From Balanoglossus misakiensis (taxonomy: Eukaryota; Animalia; Hemichordata), in the NCBI GenBank assembly GCA_040954595.2, contig CM082580.2:8782390-8846389 (forward strand): a stretch of DNA of 64,000 bases, given 5' to 3'. Shown in pieces: positions 51,601-64,000 of this stretch. Numbering within the stretch: position 1 is the first letter of the stretch; every line of letters begins with the position of its first letter. The notes beneath the pieces were generated by a model. That model had not been told where the DNA came from. It did no database searches and saw only the letters and a program-made list of their open reading frames with translations. A program made the translations under genes and the position numbers.

Positions 51601-54600
51601 GATATTTTCTATGTAAACTTTCAAATCAAGCATAACTGCCTCGAGCTGTAGACGGTTGTGAATTCTAAAGACACCAATTACAAGACAAATTTTCAAATAA
51701 TGAATTCTATGACAATTCTTAAATGTGCAAACCCCATTCAACAGTACGCTTTCAGAGAGCACGGATTACGAAGCCAAATGTTTACATTTTGCAAGTCACG
51801 ATTTACGTAAAGGGCTGGATCACGCGACTGACGGTTCACGAAACCCTTGAAAAATCAATTTTTACCACACTCTGAGAAAACTAAAAGGATTTACAGGCAG
51901 AAGCATCAACAGTGTCTCACAATCTCTGGATGCCATGGCCAGTCATCCAGTCACACAAAGAGACACAGCATTCTAAAATCAATTTACAAATCGTTTCTTT
52001 AAATAATATCGCAAACACAGTTACTTTCTGTAATCCTCATGATGGAGGTAGCTTCGTGAGTCTCTCTTAAAGGTTCTTTTAATTTAAATTTTGTAATTCA
52101 GTGCAGAGTGTCTATCTTGTCCCACGGCAACAAAGGCAAACATAGAAGTAAAATGTCAATCGGTCACATCAGAAAGTGCCTATTGTATAAGAGAATAAAT
52201 CAGCACCTACACAGTATTAAATTTGTAATTTTTTCTATGATCGTACTTTGCATAGTTTTTGTCTCATTTGCACCAGCAGAAGAGGAACCCAAAGCCATCA
52301 GTCATCTCTTTGTGATTATGTGTGAGCAAAAAGCAATATTCTGAAATCTGCCATTTTTTATGAAATATTGGGAATGTGACCACGACTGTGGCTTGCAATG
52401 TTACCCTCTCCCGTCCGGTAGATCATTAGCAACATTTAACGTAAAAGGTCCTTGTGAAACACTAAAATGTAAGCAACTCTCCTGTCCGGAAACATGTCGT
52501 GTGACCAAACCCTGAATCAATCAACCTCACATAAAATACATGTAGCTGCAAAACAACTGGTACATCTTACACATATAAGTAACCTAAAACCTAAACACCA
52601 GAGAGCTCAACTCTCTGTATTCAAACCAGCAAAGCATTCTCCAGATGAGTATACTTACACATGCTTTTTATGTAACTCTATGACTTCTTTCTCAAAATCA
52701 TCAGTCTGGTCGGGTATAAACTTAAAATCTGTCAAATATCCCGCTTTGTGCTCCTCTGGGTCGTAATCACCCATTTCAGCTGCAGAAAACAAAACAAACA
52801 ATAAAAACACATAAAATTTAGCAACGAATTAAAGGATGATCGTCATAAGCAAAAATTTGTTCAAAATCTGTAGAAGTTCACAAATGATCATAGATAGTAA
52901 TTCAGCATTAGCTTTTAAACTTCCTTCTGGAAAATGGAACGACAGCTTTTACATAAATTCTTATGCAAATAATATTATGCAAATTAGCCATCATGGTGGC
53001 CAACAACCTTTGGGAGAACACTGGAATCATTATCTGGGTTTCTGTTGCATTTCACTTTGTTTTCTATGTTTCTGTCGTGATTATAAGCATAAGAGAAACC
53101 ACAGCAGCAGGAAATATGAAAGACAACCCTTTGGCTCTTTCCACCTAATTGAACACTTCATCAGCCCACGCACAGTCTCCATGGAAACAGGAAATGAGGG
53201 GGGGGGGGGGGGTCTCTCTGATTGTTTGTGGGTTGTTTCTCTGCTAAAACAACTTGTGCCGACAGAAGAATATCTAACACCTTTACTACGTGACTGACCT
53301 CAAATAAAAAGTGTATGGATGTCATATATCCAGGAGGGAATATGAGGACAAAAGGCTGTGAGACCTTGAGTATATTCCACACACACAATCTTCCTGATTT
53401 AGCCTGTGAAGCTTTCACAACTCAGACCCAATGTCAAGTCATTTCTCACGTAAATCACGACGTGCGGCATCACCTCGGATAATTACACTTCTCACAACGC
53501 AAAAATAATTCATGAAACGCTCACGAAAATTGCTTTGTATCATGGCGGTTTAGTCCAAAGCCAAAATACATTTTTGGAATTATCCTATTGGTGTACATGT
53601 CACACATCGAGAAATGATGCCTGACGATTTGCACGTCATCATTTTATCTTTTGTGATCAGGCCTGTGGGGAGTCCCTCGTCGCACAGAAAGTAAAGTTGT
53701 ATCCAGGATGCATGCACTAACACACGTAATCACAGAATAATGGTAAGGGAATATCTATATCGATCGTCACTCCAGTCTGAAGTGAAAGCAGTTGTCCGTG
53801 AGAACAGACAACAACAACGTATGAAGATGCACAAATGTGCAAAATTAATGTAACTTAATTTGCTCCATCCCCAGCGACAAAGAGTCAGCAGCAATCAAAG
53901 TATTTTTGTCTAGACAGCTTAGAAATAACGTCATTCTCCATCTTGTGTACACGCACTACTGCAAACAGTGTTTACATATTCCCCGTCGTGACCAAATTTT
54001 TGTTTCTACGCTAGCTCATTTACATATCCAAGATGGCTTCACCCAACTTTCCCATCATCAGTGACCTATGGCCTATAAACTTATATGTCTCAAAAAATGG
54101 CTTACCTTGGACAGAATAGGATGCAAGAAGAGCACCAGTGTGATATGAACAAATTAACCTATCAAACAAAAATAAAAAAAACTTTATATCACTTAATATC
54201 ATTAGGCTATGGTTGAAATAAATGTGTTGCACATATAGTATCATTATCATGAAACACTCACAAAAATTGCTTTGTATCATGGCGGATTATTTCAAAGCCA
54301 AGATACATTTGTTGGAATCAGCCTATTGGTGTGCATGTAGCACATGTGGAAATGATACCTGCCGTTTTGCACATCATCATTTTATCAATACCCGTAACAC
54401 CTAATCACCATTCATTGTATACATACCTTCCATCTAGTATATCTTTTTTGAGTTGTAACACATACTGATATCGCGTGTACTCCTCCTGGAGCTTGCTTGG
54501 ATCGGACACAAAAAATTTCACTTGAAAATAAAAGTAATATGGAGCATCTGAAAATAAACAGAATTACACAGTCAGATAAATTTGCATAGGTGACTGTGTA

Positions 54601-57600
54601 CCTTTAAGACCAAATACCACAGTTTTCATTGGTGAGGTTGGACCTGGGTACATGTACTTGGAGTGCATTGTATCGAATTTGACAATCTTTTCCACAGTGA
54701 CAGTTTGGAGATTTGATAACAGTGGTAACATTACTCCCAACCCAGCAGAATCTAATCACTGCTTGGCTGTAAATGATATCCTCCTAGGCTTTACATCGCT
54801 GGTCACTGCACTTCCCCATTCAATGCAACTTACTTTTCACTTGTTTCCGTACTGATTTCAGCGGATCCAACCACCTCATGTTATCAATGTCGGTGTCGGC
54901 GTCGGCAAATTTCAAACCAAAATAATCCCTCTCCAGCAGGTCAAGGAACTTGTAAACGCTCTCTAGGAGTGTGTCCCCCTTGGCTCTCCGCTGAAAGATC
55001 AAATGTCAAAAAAGGCAACAATTATTAATTTTAATCAGAAAAAAAGACCACCTGATAAAATCAAGATGAATATTTTATTTCTTTTGTAGGTGAACACCAC
55101 AAGTTCATGTATCAGATCCAAGAAAATCCATGTTGACTTTGTTCGCTATTAATTTAATCAAAGTCCATATTATTAAATCTAGAAATTTCCTTGACCACAT
55201 CTTAGCGATAAATTGTACAAAATGTACCATATTGCCAGGGTAAATTTTGCTCTTCAGGCTTTTTATGCTGTCTACAAAGTCTCCCCTGAGGCACTCAAAG
55301 AGAGGATATTTGATGAAGTTTGTAATATTCTTCAGCAGTACAAACAGATCAATCAATCAATCACCGACCCTGCCAGCTACATGTACATGTTGTAAAAAAG
55401 GCATCCTTAATCCCCTAAAATACACTGTCATATTCATTTTGCAGTTCATGCAAAAACCTGCATTCAGAAGATATCACTCATGAGGACCCTGGAGATCTGT
55501 TCTTCATAGTATTGTTTTTTTCTCTCTTGTAGCAAGAAAGCAATTTTTTTCTGTGCAGACAGGATGATCGCAAAGGTGTTACATGTATATTGAGTTTCAA
55601 ACCATTAGCTGCACAGGCATTGTATCATGGCACACTGCAGACTGCATGAACAGATACACACATGACCCAAGGGACAGTTGCTTCACTAAACCTTGGTTGC
55701 AAAGGTTTTGCGATTGCCAGCCACGACAAAAACAGGTCACCATTTGCAGCGTTATCGACTTCGCTATAATACAGACAAGTGGCTATCCTGGGTTGCATGC
55801 AATTCAATCATGAATTTCTGTTAATATTATATAATGATGCGTGGGTGACATCATCAGCTCTGCATGTAGACTAATTTTGTCTGCTTTGTGTCCGTGTTTT
55901 ATTACAAGTATCATATTTTGCGGCTGCAGATAAAAGTCATTTCAGTTATTTTTTTTTCATCATCACACTGGTAACTCTACCTGGCAATAATTTCAACGAC
56001 AAAACTGTTACTTTCTGCTGTTATTAGACTACAATCATGGAAACTTTAATAAAGCTTCCTTCATCTCAAATAAAGATGTACGTCATGAAGAGATCATTCT
56101 CATCAAATGAAATGTCAGTCCGTATTTTAGCACTTCCTGCAACGTCCCATTAGAATATATCTAAATGGCCAATAAAAGCTGCAGTGTTACCATGGCTACA
56201 GACAAGTCTCAGCGCCGAGACTCTATCTTTCTCTCGCAGCTTCCCTGGGAGTTCGCAAGTCGATATGACCCAATTTTTTCTGAAATCACAAGATCGATAG
56301 ACGTTTTTTTACCACCCTAGAGAAGTCTCACTAGAATTTTCATGCAGATGTAACAAGTCATTGCCAATGAAACCGTCTCCAAAGTAACAAGTAACGTGAT
56401 TGGTTAGCGATAAGCTGGTAAATACCACGAGGCAGATTTAATTTGAGATACGCAGAGAGAACGACCCACTGTAAATAATTTTATAAGGCAGCGTGCTCGG
56501 GCAAATTTGATTCACTTGGATTGTTTAACTATCCAAAAACACACAAGTCGAAACATTGCAAAACAGGATGTTTGGAGAAACGGGCGATAAAATTGGAAAA
56601 TCGTGATCAGGTGCAGCAAGTCTTGCAAGACTTTGTCAGACTAATTTGTGATTTCGAGAATAAGACCACAGCTTAGAATGTCATGCGGGCAGTGCCCGGG
56701 CCGAGAATTAATTCTGTCACTATAAAGGCACTGATGAAACACGGCCATTTACCTGGATTAGAGTGGCTCCTTTTTTATTGCCAGGAAAACAGAAACGAAA
56801 AACCGTGACATTCCGATCAAATTGCTGCTCGTGTAATGTCCATTAGGTTTTAAATAGTCGGGCGAGCTGTCCACTGTTGTCAGATGTGCCATGAATTCTT
56901 AAGTGACGTCGAGGTGAGGCAAGTGGTGATGGTCGTCACAGAAGATTTCTACACAACAGCCCTGGCCTGAACTATTACCAACTGATATGTGTATTTACCT
57001 CTGAATCTGATTCAGAATCCTTGACTAAGTGATACGCACCTGTCAGAATCTGACTTCAAACCAGATGAGAGGTGGGCAAGAGCTGTCTGATACAAGGTTC
57101 TTACAAGCATGTGCGAATCAATACACATCAAATGATGGCTTTACATAAACCACTTCTACATGTACGCATTGCCAATTTTTGGAGAGAAAAATCTCTATGC
57201 CAACATCATTCTTATGATGAAATCTGTGACACAGTGAGCAGAAACCTTAAAGTGGCTTATCAATGCCAATCTTGTTGGAGTCAGTCTCCATCTAACCTTT
57301 CACGCTTGACTTTTGAATTTCGAATTTCTCACACTGATGGTGAACATGATGACAATGCTCGGTGTCCCACTGAAGTCAATCATACCGTGTAAATGCACTG
57401 GTGATATTTAAGATAAAAATCACAAGCAAGGCGACGGGGCTAATCGCATTTACAAAAGCCATTCCGCTAGACTTTGTACAAATTCAAAACGACAGAATGA
57501 ATGAATGAACCATCGGAAACACCGAAGAAATACACTCTGAAATCCCAGGCTATGATGCACAGGTATACAATTGTAATGCCACGGGCATCCCCGGATTTAA

Positions 57601-60600
57601 ATTACCCAGGAACGTTTACAGTGATCAGTTTGTGATGTTGTAAAGGTGACGACTGAATAAACCAATTGGCTATTCACGTAAGCAAGATAAGGTGAGCTGA
57701 CGCATGCATAACACTCGCACCGAAAATATCACACCAGGATGTGATGGAAAAAAAATGAATGAACTGATTGATACACAGTGATGGATTAATTCTGGAAACA
57801 TTTCACAAAGGACTGACTGACCCCGTTCAACTGAGCATGTCTATCGTTTCCGATGAAAGAGAATCACAGTCACATCTCCTGTTGTTACGATAATTTATTC
57901 ACACTGACACAGGTCTCAAGGTAACACACAATTCTTGCTGTTCAGAATAAATATGTGATGTGCCACAGTAGATGTTTCTCCTGATTTATGATTATCCCAA
58001 TTTTATGAAAAGTAGAACTTCTGATGACTGACATCTGGGACAGTCTGGGTGATTACTAACTACATGCATCAAGTTTCAGGAATGAAAGCTGATCGTTTCA
58101 TTTTGACCGGCTGGATGTGCACAATGTGTGAATCTCTGCATTTCTTCAGGTAATTTCACAAGAACTGCTGGAAAGGTGCGTACAGGTAAACCAATGGCAA
58201 TCTGTCTTTAAATTTTGTACAGCATTCCAATATGGCCCACCAGATTTTTTCACTTGGTGATTCACAGAAAAGTATGAAGAATAAAAAAAGTGGCCCCTCC
58301 CATTTCTTGACAAACACTTCAGATCTCAAGGGACACATCTCTACCCTCTGTTTACAAACACAATTTGAAGATGTTTTCGCAAAACACTAACAGCAAAAGG
58401 ACAGAGAGTTGGTATTTTCGCTGCCATGATCGTCTAAACCCCAGCCACACCCATTCTCAGAACCTCCAGTGATGACTAATACAGCACAAACTTTATGGAC
58501 TCCCATCGGCAAATGTATGAAGTACTTGTCATGTCAGTTACTTGAGATGAGGAGACTATTTACGAGCAATTAAAATTTATTGTGATATCAGAGGCAAATC
58601 TGACTGGATATCCGGTGAGACAGCTTCAGATTCACATTCTGATTCAGGTGTCACTTACAAATATTGGTTGTCAATAAATTATACTCAGACTCTGCAGAAA
58701 AATTGTCTGAAACTAAAGATTTTGGGACAATGTCGGATAAAAAATGATTACTGAATTTCAGGAAATGCGACTGTTTACAACAACTGAACTATTAAAATCC
58801 AACAGTAACTTTAACATAGCATCAATGATCATGCAGGATTTTTCCACGCAAGCCCTGAATGCATCATTGCATGCATCCGACTCGGTTTCAGGTTGGAGTC
58901 ATGAACTGTGTAGGGGGTTTTAAGTAGATTATAAACCGGTGAAAATGGAGAAAAGATCCTGGGGGGCTGGCCACTCAGAACCCCCAGCAATCTACCTATA
59001 TGTGATTATTTTTGGTGCATTGATTTGATCACAGTAATCACTTCCTCCTGGGTATCAAACAACTCATGGAGAATTACTAGTACACCACTTACATGATACA
59101 TAAGATTCAGATTTCATTTCGTGTTTTTATTTTACGTACCTGTACACACGCATAGAACTAGTTGTAATCAGAATATCTTAGAGTGGCAATTGATGTAATG
59201 TTACTGTTTTACCCAATTAAAAATGGCAATATTCGTTGTACTGCACGTAGCCCTCAGTTACACAGAAATGCCAATGCTAACCTGCTTTCAGAATTTTTCT
59301 TGCTCAATACGTATACCTATACCCTCTCATGTTTAACAGCATCGCTCTCATCACATGAATTAACTATTATAATTTAATGCAATGAGACCAAGTATCTCGA
59401 CTACTACGTACTAGCAATCGCGTCACGCCTCCGAAACCTTTCAAGAACAGTTATCACATTCTCCGGCTAGACACACGACTGATTACCACATTTCAGAGAT
59501 GCCGAACAGACACAGAACTATAGAAACGTAGGCGAGGGAATCACGCTCACGGTGTGCAAAATCTCTGACAAACTGGGTCAGGACACTGCCTTGTCTCTGA
59601 TTGGCTGATGGAGATCACAATCCAGTGATGTAATGCAATGACATCACACACTTGCCACTTGCATACTATTGTCACGCTAATCAAAAGCCCACAGGTGTTT
59701 TCACTGGCTCTGTCTCAAGTTATTACCTGACTAGACTTTCCTACTGACACTTAATACACTGATGAAGCCTGCTAGATCTGAAATCATGAATTCTCACAAG
59801 ATTCTGCCCTTTGATGTGATATGACCTTTCAGTCTAGCAGGGTGATACTAAAATCAAGTAAATGTAATATTAAGAGGATTTCCTTGACCCTATCATACAG
59901 ACTCTAATGTCAGTATCCCTAATACTGCCATGAATATGGTGATTGGGACAAGCTATTCTACAAGTCAATGCATACAGCTTATGAATCACAGACAGACTGC
60001 CTTCACTTTTGACACAACAGTTGGCCTCTGTGAATTGGCTTTCAATTCTGCTTATATCACGTTTGTGAATGAGTGAGTGAGTGAGTGAGTGTGCGTGCCT
60101 GTCTGTCTACCCATTCATTCATTCATTCATTCATTCATTCATTCATTCATTCATTCATTCATTCATTCATTCATTCATTCATTCAACCATCCATCCATCC
60201 ATCCATCCACCAGAATATAGAACATTCAGGTGCCTGAATTAAAAAATAATATTTGGGCTAAATACACATAAAACTAATGCTTTTAGCAGATTCAAACCAT
60301 GCATGAATATATACAGACACAACATACTATAAATGGAGTATACTTTCATTGCATTGTAGGGCTGGAAAAGACTGTTCATTTTGCTTTCCATGTCCTACAA
60401 GAAGCTAAATTCCCAAGGATTAGAAAGCGATAGCACAAATATGCAGTGTCTTGACCTAGCCTGAGGGAACAGGCTCATTAAAAACCATCCGCGTGTCTGT
60501 CCAGACACACAATTGATGTGGCGTGCAGCAGCAAGGAGTTTTACATAATTAATAGAACGCAGTCCTGGCAATAGTGGGCTCAATTTATTGAAAATCGTGC

Positions 60601-63075
60601 GAAGGGAAAAATAAATCGGTTGTAACCCGACTGATGAGTTCATCCAAACTGACAGAGTCTGCCCTCCCAAAACCAGCGATTCCAAAATTACTTCAATTTT
60701 CTACGGCGATTTTCTGTGATGCGTATGAGAGAACAAAATAACAGTACTATTTGCTGCTTGGGGGAAAGATATTCAGCTCATCGTGCCGAACGAGAGCTTT
60801 AGCCAAACTGAGCTCCTGAACAGCCTAACAATCATGAATATCTTTACTGTCTCCATGATTCAATCAATATGAAATGTCTCCACTAATGACGGCTTACGTC
60901 GAAAATCCCCCAATGCATTTGAATAACCGCTTGTTGAGAAGGTAAAAAAAAACATGCAGGTGTCCAGAACAGCCCGTCAGCTGAAATGTGTGTTGACGCA
61001 CAGACAAACCTCCCAATCAAAATGTAACCCCACGGGTACTGAAGATGCACGACATGGTTTTCAAGCAATGACACGGTCCTAGCATTAATGTGGTGGGGTA
61101 GTCGGGGATTATCCTGAATGTCAGTCGGCCATTTTGAATCTTAAGAAAATATAAACAATATTTTTTCCACAGGAAATGCTTTGACCTATTTTTCCCGACT
61201 CTATTATTGTGAAGGATGAGTAGTTCATTCATGAGTTCTTACAACTGACATCTCTTCCGGACCTTCCATCAACTGGGAGGCCATTTTCAGGGTGGAATAT
61301 AAAGGCCATTTCTTTCACTTTCCACAGGTCTAAGTAGAAAACAGAACACTTTCCTGCTTGAAATGACACTAAAAAAGATATCCAACAATTTTTACCCACA
61401 TAGAGTCGACAGACATATTAAAACGAGATTGCTTCCCAAAGGTTGCTGGGTAATAAGTTTCAGCAAACTCATTTGACAGGACAGGAAATATCTCCTTGGG
61501 AAATACTTCCAGCGAGACAAGAAACTATCCCAAATATTGCCATGACCCAGTGGGGAAAAAAACATGAGACATTTTGATAGGTTTTGTTTACAAAATCTAT
61601 GAAAGTCTGGAATGTGTTGACAACATAGATGATATTTTGTTTCCATTCAATGACAGGAACATCTATGATGAAAACCAGAGCACTACAATTATTCTGTGTT
61701 TTTGTTTCAAAGAATTTCTCCTTGTTTGTCCAAAGCTATTTTTCTATAGGTCGAATTTAGAAATTAGTAGAAATTAACAAATACACAAGCACATGTTCAT
61801 TCAGTCATGTGAATTTTAATCTGATATTGAAGTTTTAACATTATTTAAATTAATGGCTGAGTGAGTAATGAAATGAACGAAAAGTAGACGTCGTTTTACC
61901 TTGCAGTGAAATTATATCCAAACCGACCTCCTGTCCCATAAATCAAAACTAACCACATATTTTCCATAATTTTTTTCTCGCAACCTCCCGCTTTTTGACC
62001 TTCACAGGACAAAATGTCATCTCAAAAAGCAATCTGTTGAAATGGCATGATTAATTATTAATAATCAGGAAGTTCAAGAACGATTTCTCTGCTTAATTTC
62101 GCTGTTGTTGCTGCCTGTCGGTGAGTGTCAATGTCAAATATCCGATTGACCGACCGACCGTACCATTCCAGAAGTCAGTGACCTCCACTGATGCTATGCA
62201 GGGGGGGGGGGGGTACAATCGTGTTATCTTGATGTTCTGAGTTTGTAACAACAAAGATAGGACTCCTGTTGATTATTTCCAAACAAAGACACACTTGAGA
62301 AAATACTTAGCAATTCTGAGAATGCTTCCCCCCCCCCTTTCAGTACTGAGGTTGCCTCAGATGACCCAGCCGTCCTTCAAGACCCCGCTGCTGGCCATGA
62401 ATTCAAAGTGAGCAATAAAACAAGTCTGTATTACATACATGTAGGTACGGTAGGCGCTGTTCTACTTTTACAGCCCTACATATATACATTATGCCAATGA
62501 CTCAATCAATCTCTCTTCCATTTGCATTACAATTTACATCAGTCTTGCTGCTGTCAAAATTTGATAAATTCCTTACAAGACCCGTTCTTTTTTCGGGACA
62601 AAACTGCCACAAACAGAAAATATGAAAATTTATTACAGCAGAGAAAACTTTATATTGTACGGCCCATCCCTTTGATTGATATGAGAAAATACGGGCATTT
62701 TACAACCGTACATTAATTTTTCATTTTATGTTCAACATTCCATCTTTCCAACATCTGATAAAGTAGTCAATTTTTAAGCACGATAAAACTGCCATAAAAA
62801 TAATTCTTGAAAACTGAAATTCTGTCTTGCATACAAAGCGTATCACTGAAAGATCTCTACTTTGTACAAGAGATGAAGAAGATACATGTAAGGATGCGTC
62901 CAATCAGTTTTGATACAACATTCAGAATTTTTTGCCTTACCTCAACTTCAAACGTCTGTTCTGTGTCATCGAGAAAGATAACTTGACATCTGATTTTCTT
63001 TTCTTGCTTGTCGCGGGCCAATTCCGTGGCACGGACGTTGTATGTGCCGCTGGACGCTCGGAAACGACGTGACAT
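39627..63075 (-). CDS. PTPN4: Tyrosine-protein phosphatase non-receptor type 4 (PTP-MEG/PTPN3-4 family; FERM-FA-PDZ-PTP), ~888 aa from the conserved Met
   Basis: Phase-consistent exons: 62941-63075, 54834-54990, 54427-54547, 54106-54158, 52659-52779, 51395-51482, 48854-49006, 46163-46329, 45288-45476, 45044-45112, 44715-44738, 43545-43677, 42899-43042, 42137-42293, 41858-42012, 41406-41496, 41169-41233, 40823-40969, 40569-40697, 40294-40442, 39933-40114, 39627-39664 (sum 2667 nt). Diagnostic peptides: [96 protein letters not shown], intact catalytic [18 protein letters not shown]. Confidence 0.93.
53511..53649. repeat. ~140-bp dispersed direct repeat, copy A (PTPN4 intron)
   Basis: CATGAAACGCTCACGAAAATTGCTTTGTATCATGGCGG...GCACGTCATCATTTTATC is colinear with 54248-54387. 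Confidence 0.85.
54248..54387. repeat. ~140-bp dispersed direct repeat, copy B (adjacent PTPN4 intron)
   Basis: CATGAAACACTCACAAAAATTGCTTTGTATCATGGCGG...GCACATCATCATTTTATC; same orientation as copy A. Confidence 0.85.
60068..60208. repeat. Compound tetranucleotide microsatellite (GAGT)n, (ATTC)n, (CATC)n
   Basis: gagtgagtgagt at ~60070-60090; ~18 ATTC units at 60113-60184; CATC run to ~60208. Confidence 0.95.
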
Positions 63076-63218
63076 GACGACGGCAGTATCAGTCCTGGAG
63101 AGAGAGAGAGATGGGAAGAGAGAGATACAATGTTAATTTACAGAGAATCTCACCGGCTCGTTGACCTGATGGAGGTGTGGTGTTGACAGCGCTGTGAAGA
63201 GAAAGAAAGAAAACTCAC

Positions 63219-63802
63219 TCGTTGTCTGACGAACACTGGCTGTCATCTTCGTTCCCCTCTGCCATGTCTAACGTCTGTAAATCAATCAAAGTCGGAGCAA
63301 GATGGCGTCTTCCCCGGCACGATAAGAAGCAGGAGAAAATGTTCACATGGCTGATCAGCCCCGGCTGCTTGTTACACGTACACGACGGGCGGCAGCAATG
63401 CCATGCACCACCACCACCACTACTACTACAACCTCCACAACTGGAGGGCGACGGCGCTTCCTGTGGACTGCTGCAGCTACTACGCGTCAGCCCAAATACT
63501 GAAGTATATAGTCATAACAGTTCCCCGCATTGTGACATCATATTTCCGCCGTCAGGACTCCCCACCGCCGGAGCAGAAAGGCCGAGGAGTCACAGTTTAT
63601 GACAAACGATCGGGGATAATTAAGCCCAGCGTCGGTTGTGTCTGGCTGCCCTCTGGGCTGTCAATGGAGAGACCTGAATGATACACATACTTTTTAAAGG
63701 GCCGACCCTGAAACTTACATCTTCGAATCTACTTCGCATATTCAAATTAGGCAAGATTGCACCACTCTGACAAAGGGGGGAGTCAGCCATGGCTGATCGC
63801 AT
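63219..63802 (-). CDS. PTPN4: Candidate upstream exons of PTPN4 (63719-63802 and 63219-63274) giving an in-frame N-terminal extension
   Basis: GAT|GTAAGT at 63719, gatttacag| at 63274, GA|GTGAGT at 63219, ctctctccag| at 63094; the spliced frame is open into the conserved MSRRFR start. Confidence 0.5.
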
Positions 63803-64000
63803 TCTGTTGGCTGTCGGCGTTAAATCTCATTGCCACACCAGCCTGTCCTTGGAGATAGTGAACATGTTTATTTTCAAGAGCAATAACGCAAATCCCAGTG
63901 ATCCAGTAACCTTGTTCTGACAAATATTTTGTACGAGGGTTTGGTGGAGTGGATTAAGAAAGATTTTAAACACAGGGAGATGGAATGTTTCTTCGCTTCC

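Noticed and set aside
63403-63681. Plus-strand ORF starting MHHHHHYYY
   Set aside because: Derived from short CAC/TAC trinucleotide runs in a PTPN4 5' intron; no other coding evidence.

Overview
AT-rich, intron-rich animal genomic DNA; no prokaryotic features, rRNA/tRNA or CRISPR arrays were seen, and an invertebrate bilaterian, possibly a deuterostome, is inferred. By reading GT-AG splice sites and checking phases by hand I reconstruct four genes: (1) a small two-exon single-pass membrane protein gene (minus strand, 307-1358); (2) a 24-coding-exon EPB41L5/Yurt-type FERM protein gene (minus, 5089-32925) ending in the PDZ-binding motif TTEL; (3) single-coding-exon TMEM177 (plus, 34674-35579), apparently sharing a bidirectional promoter with EPB41L5; (4) a 22-coding-exon PTPN4/PTPN3-type FERM-PDZ-PTP phosphatase (minus, 39627-63075). 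These three known genes also sit together at human 2q14. The most unusual structure is in the EPB41L5 tail: nine symmetric phase-0 exons of two alternating paralogous types (basophilic RRxxS cassettes and proline-directed S/T-P-x-K cassettes, one expanded by a coding minisatellite), set in introns strand-specifically rich in TGCATG (Rbfox) motifs. Candidate microexons, an in-frame N-terminal extension of PTPN4, several MITE-like elements and RFX/DR1 motifs are also reported. All gene models are manual inferences without transcript data.
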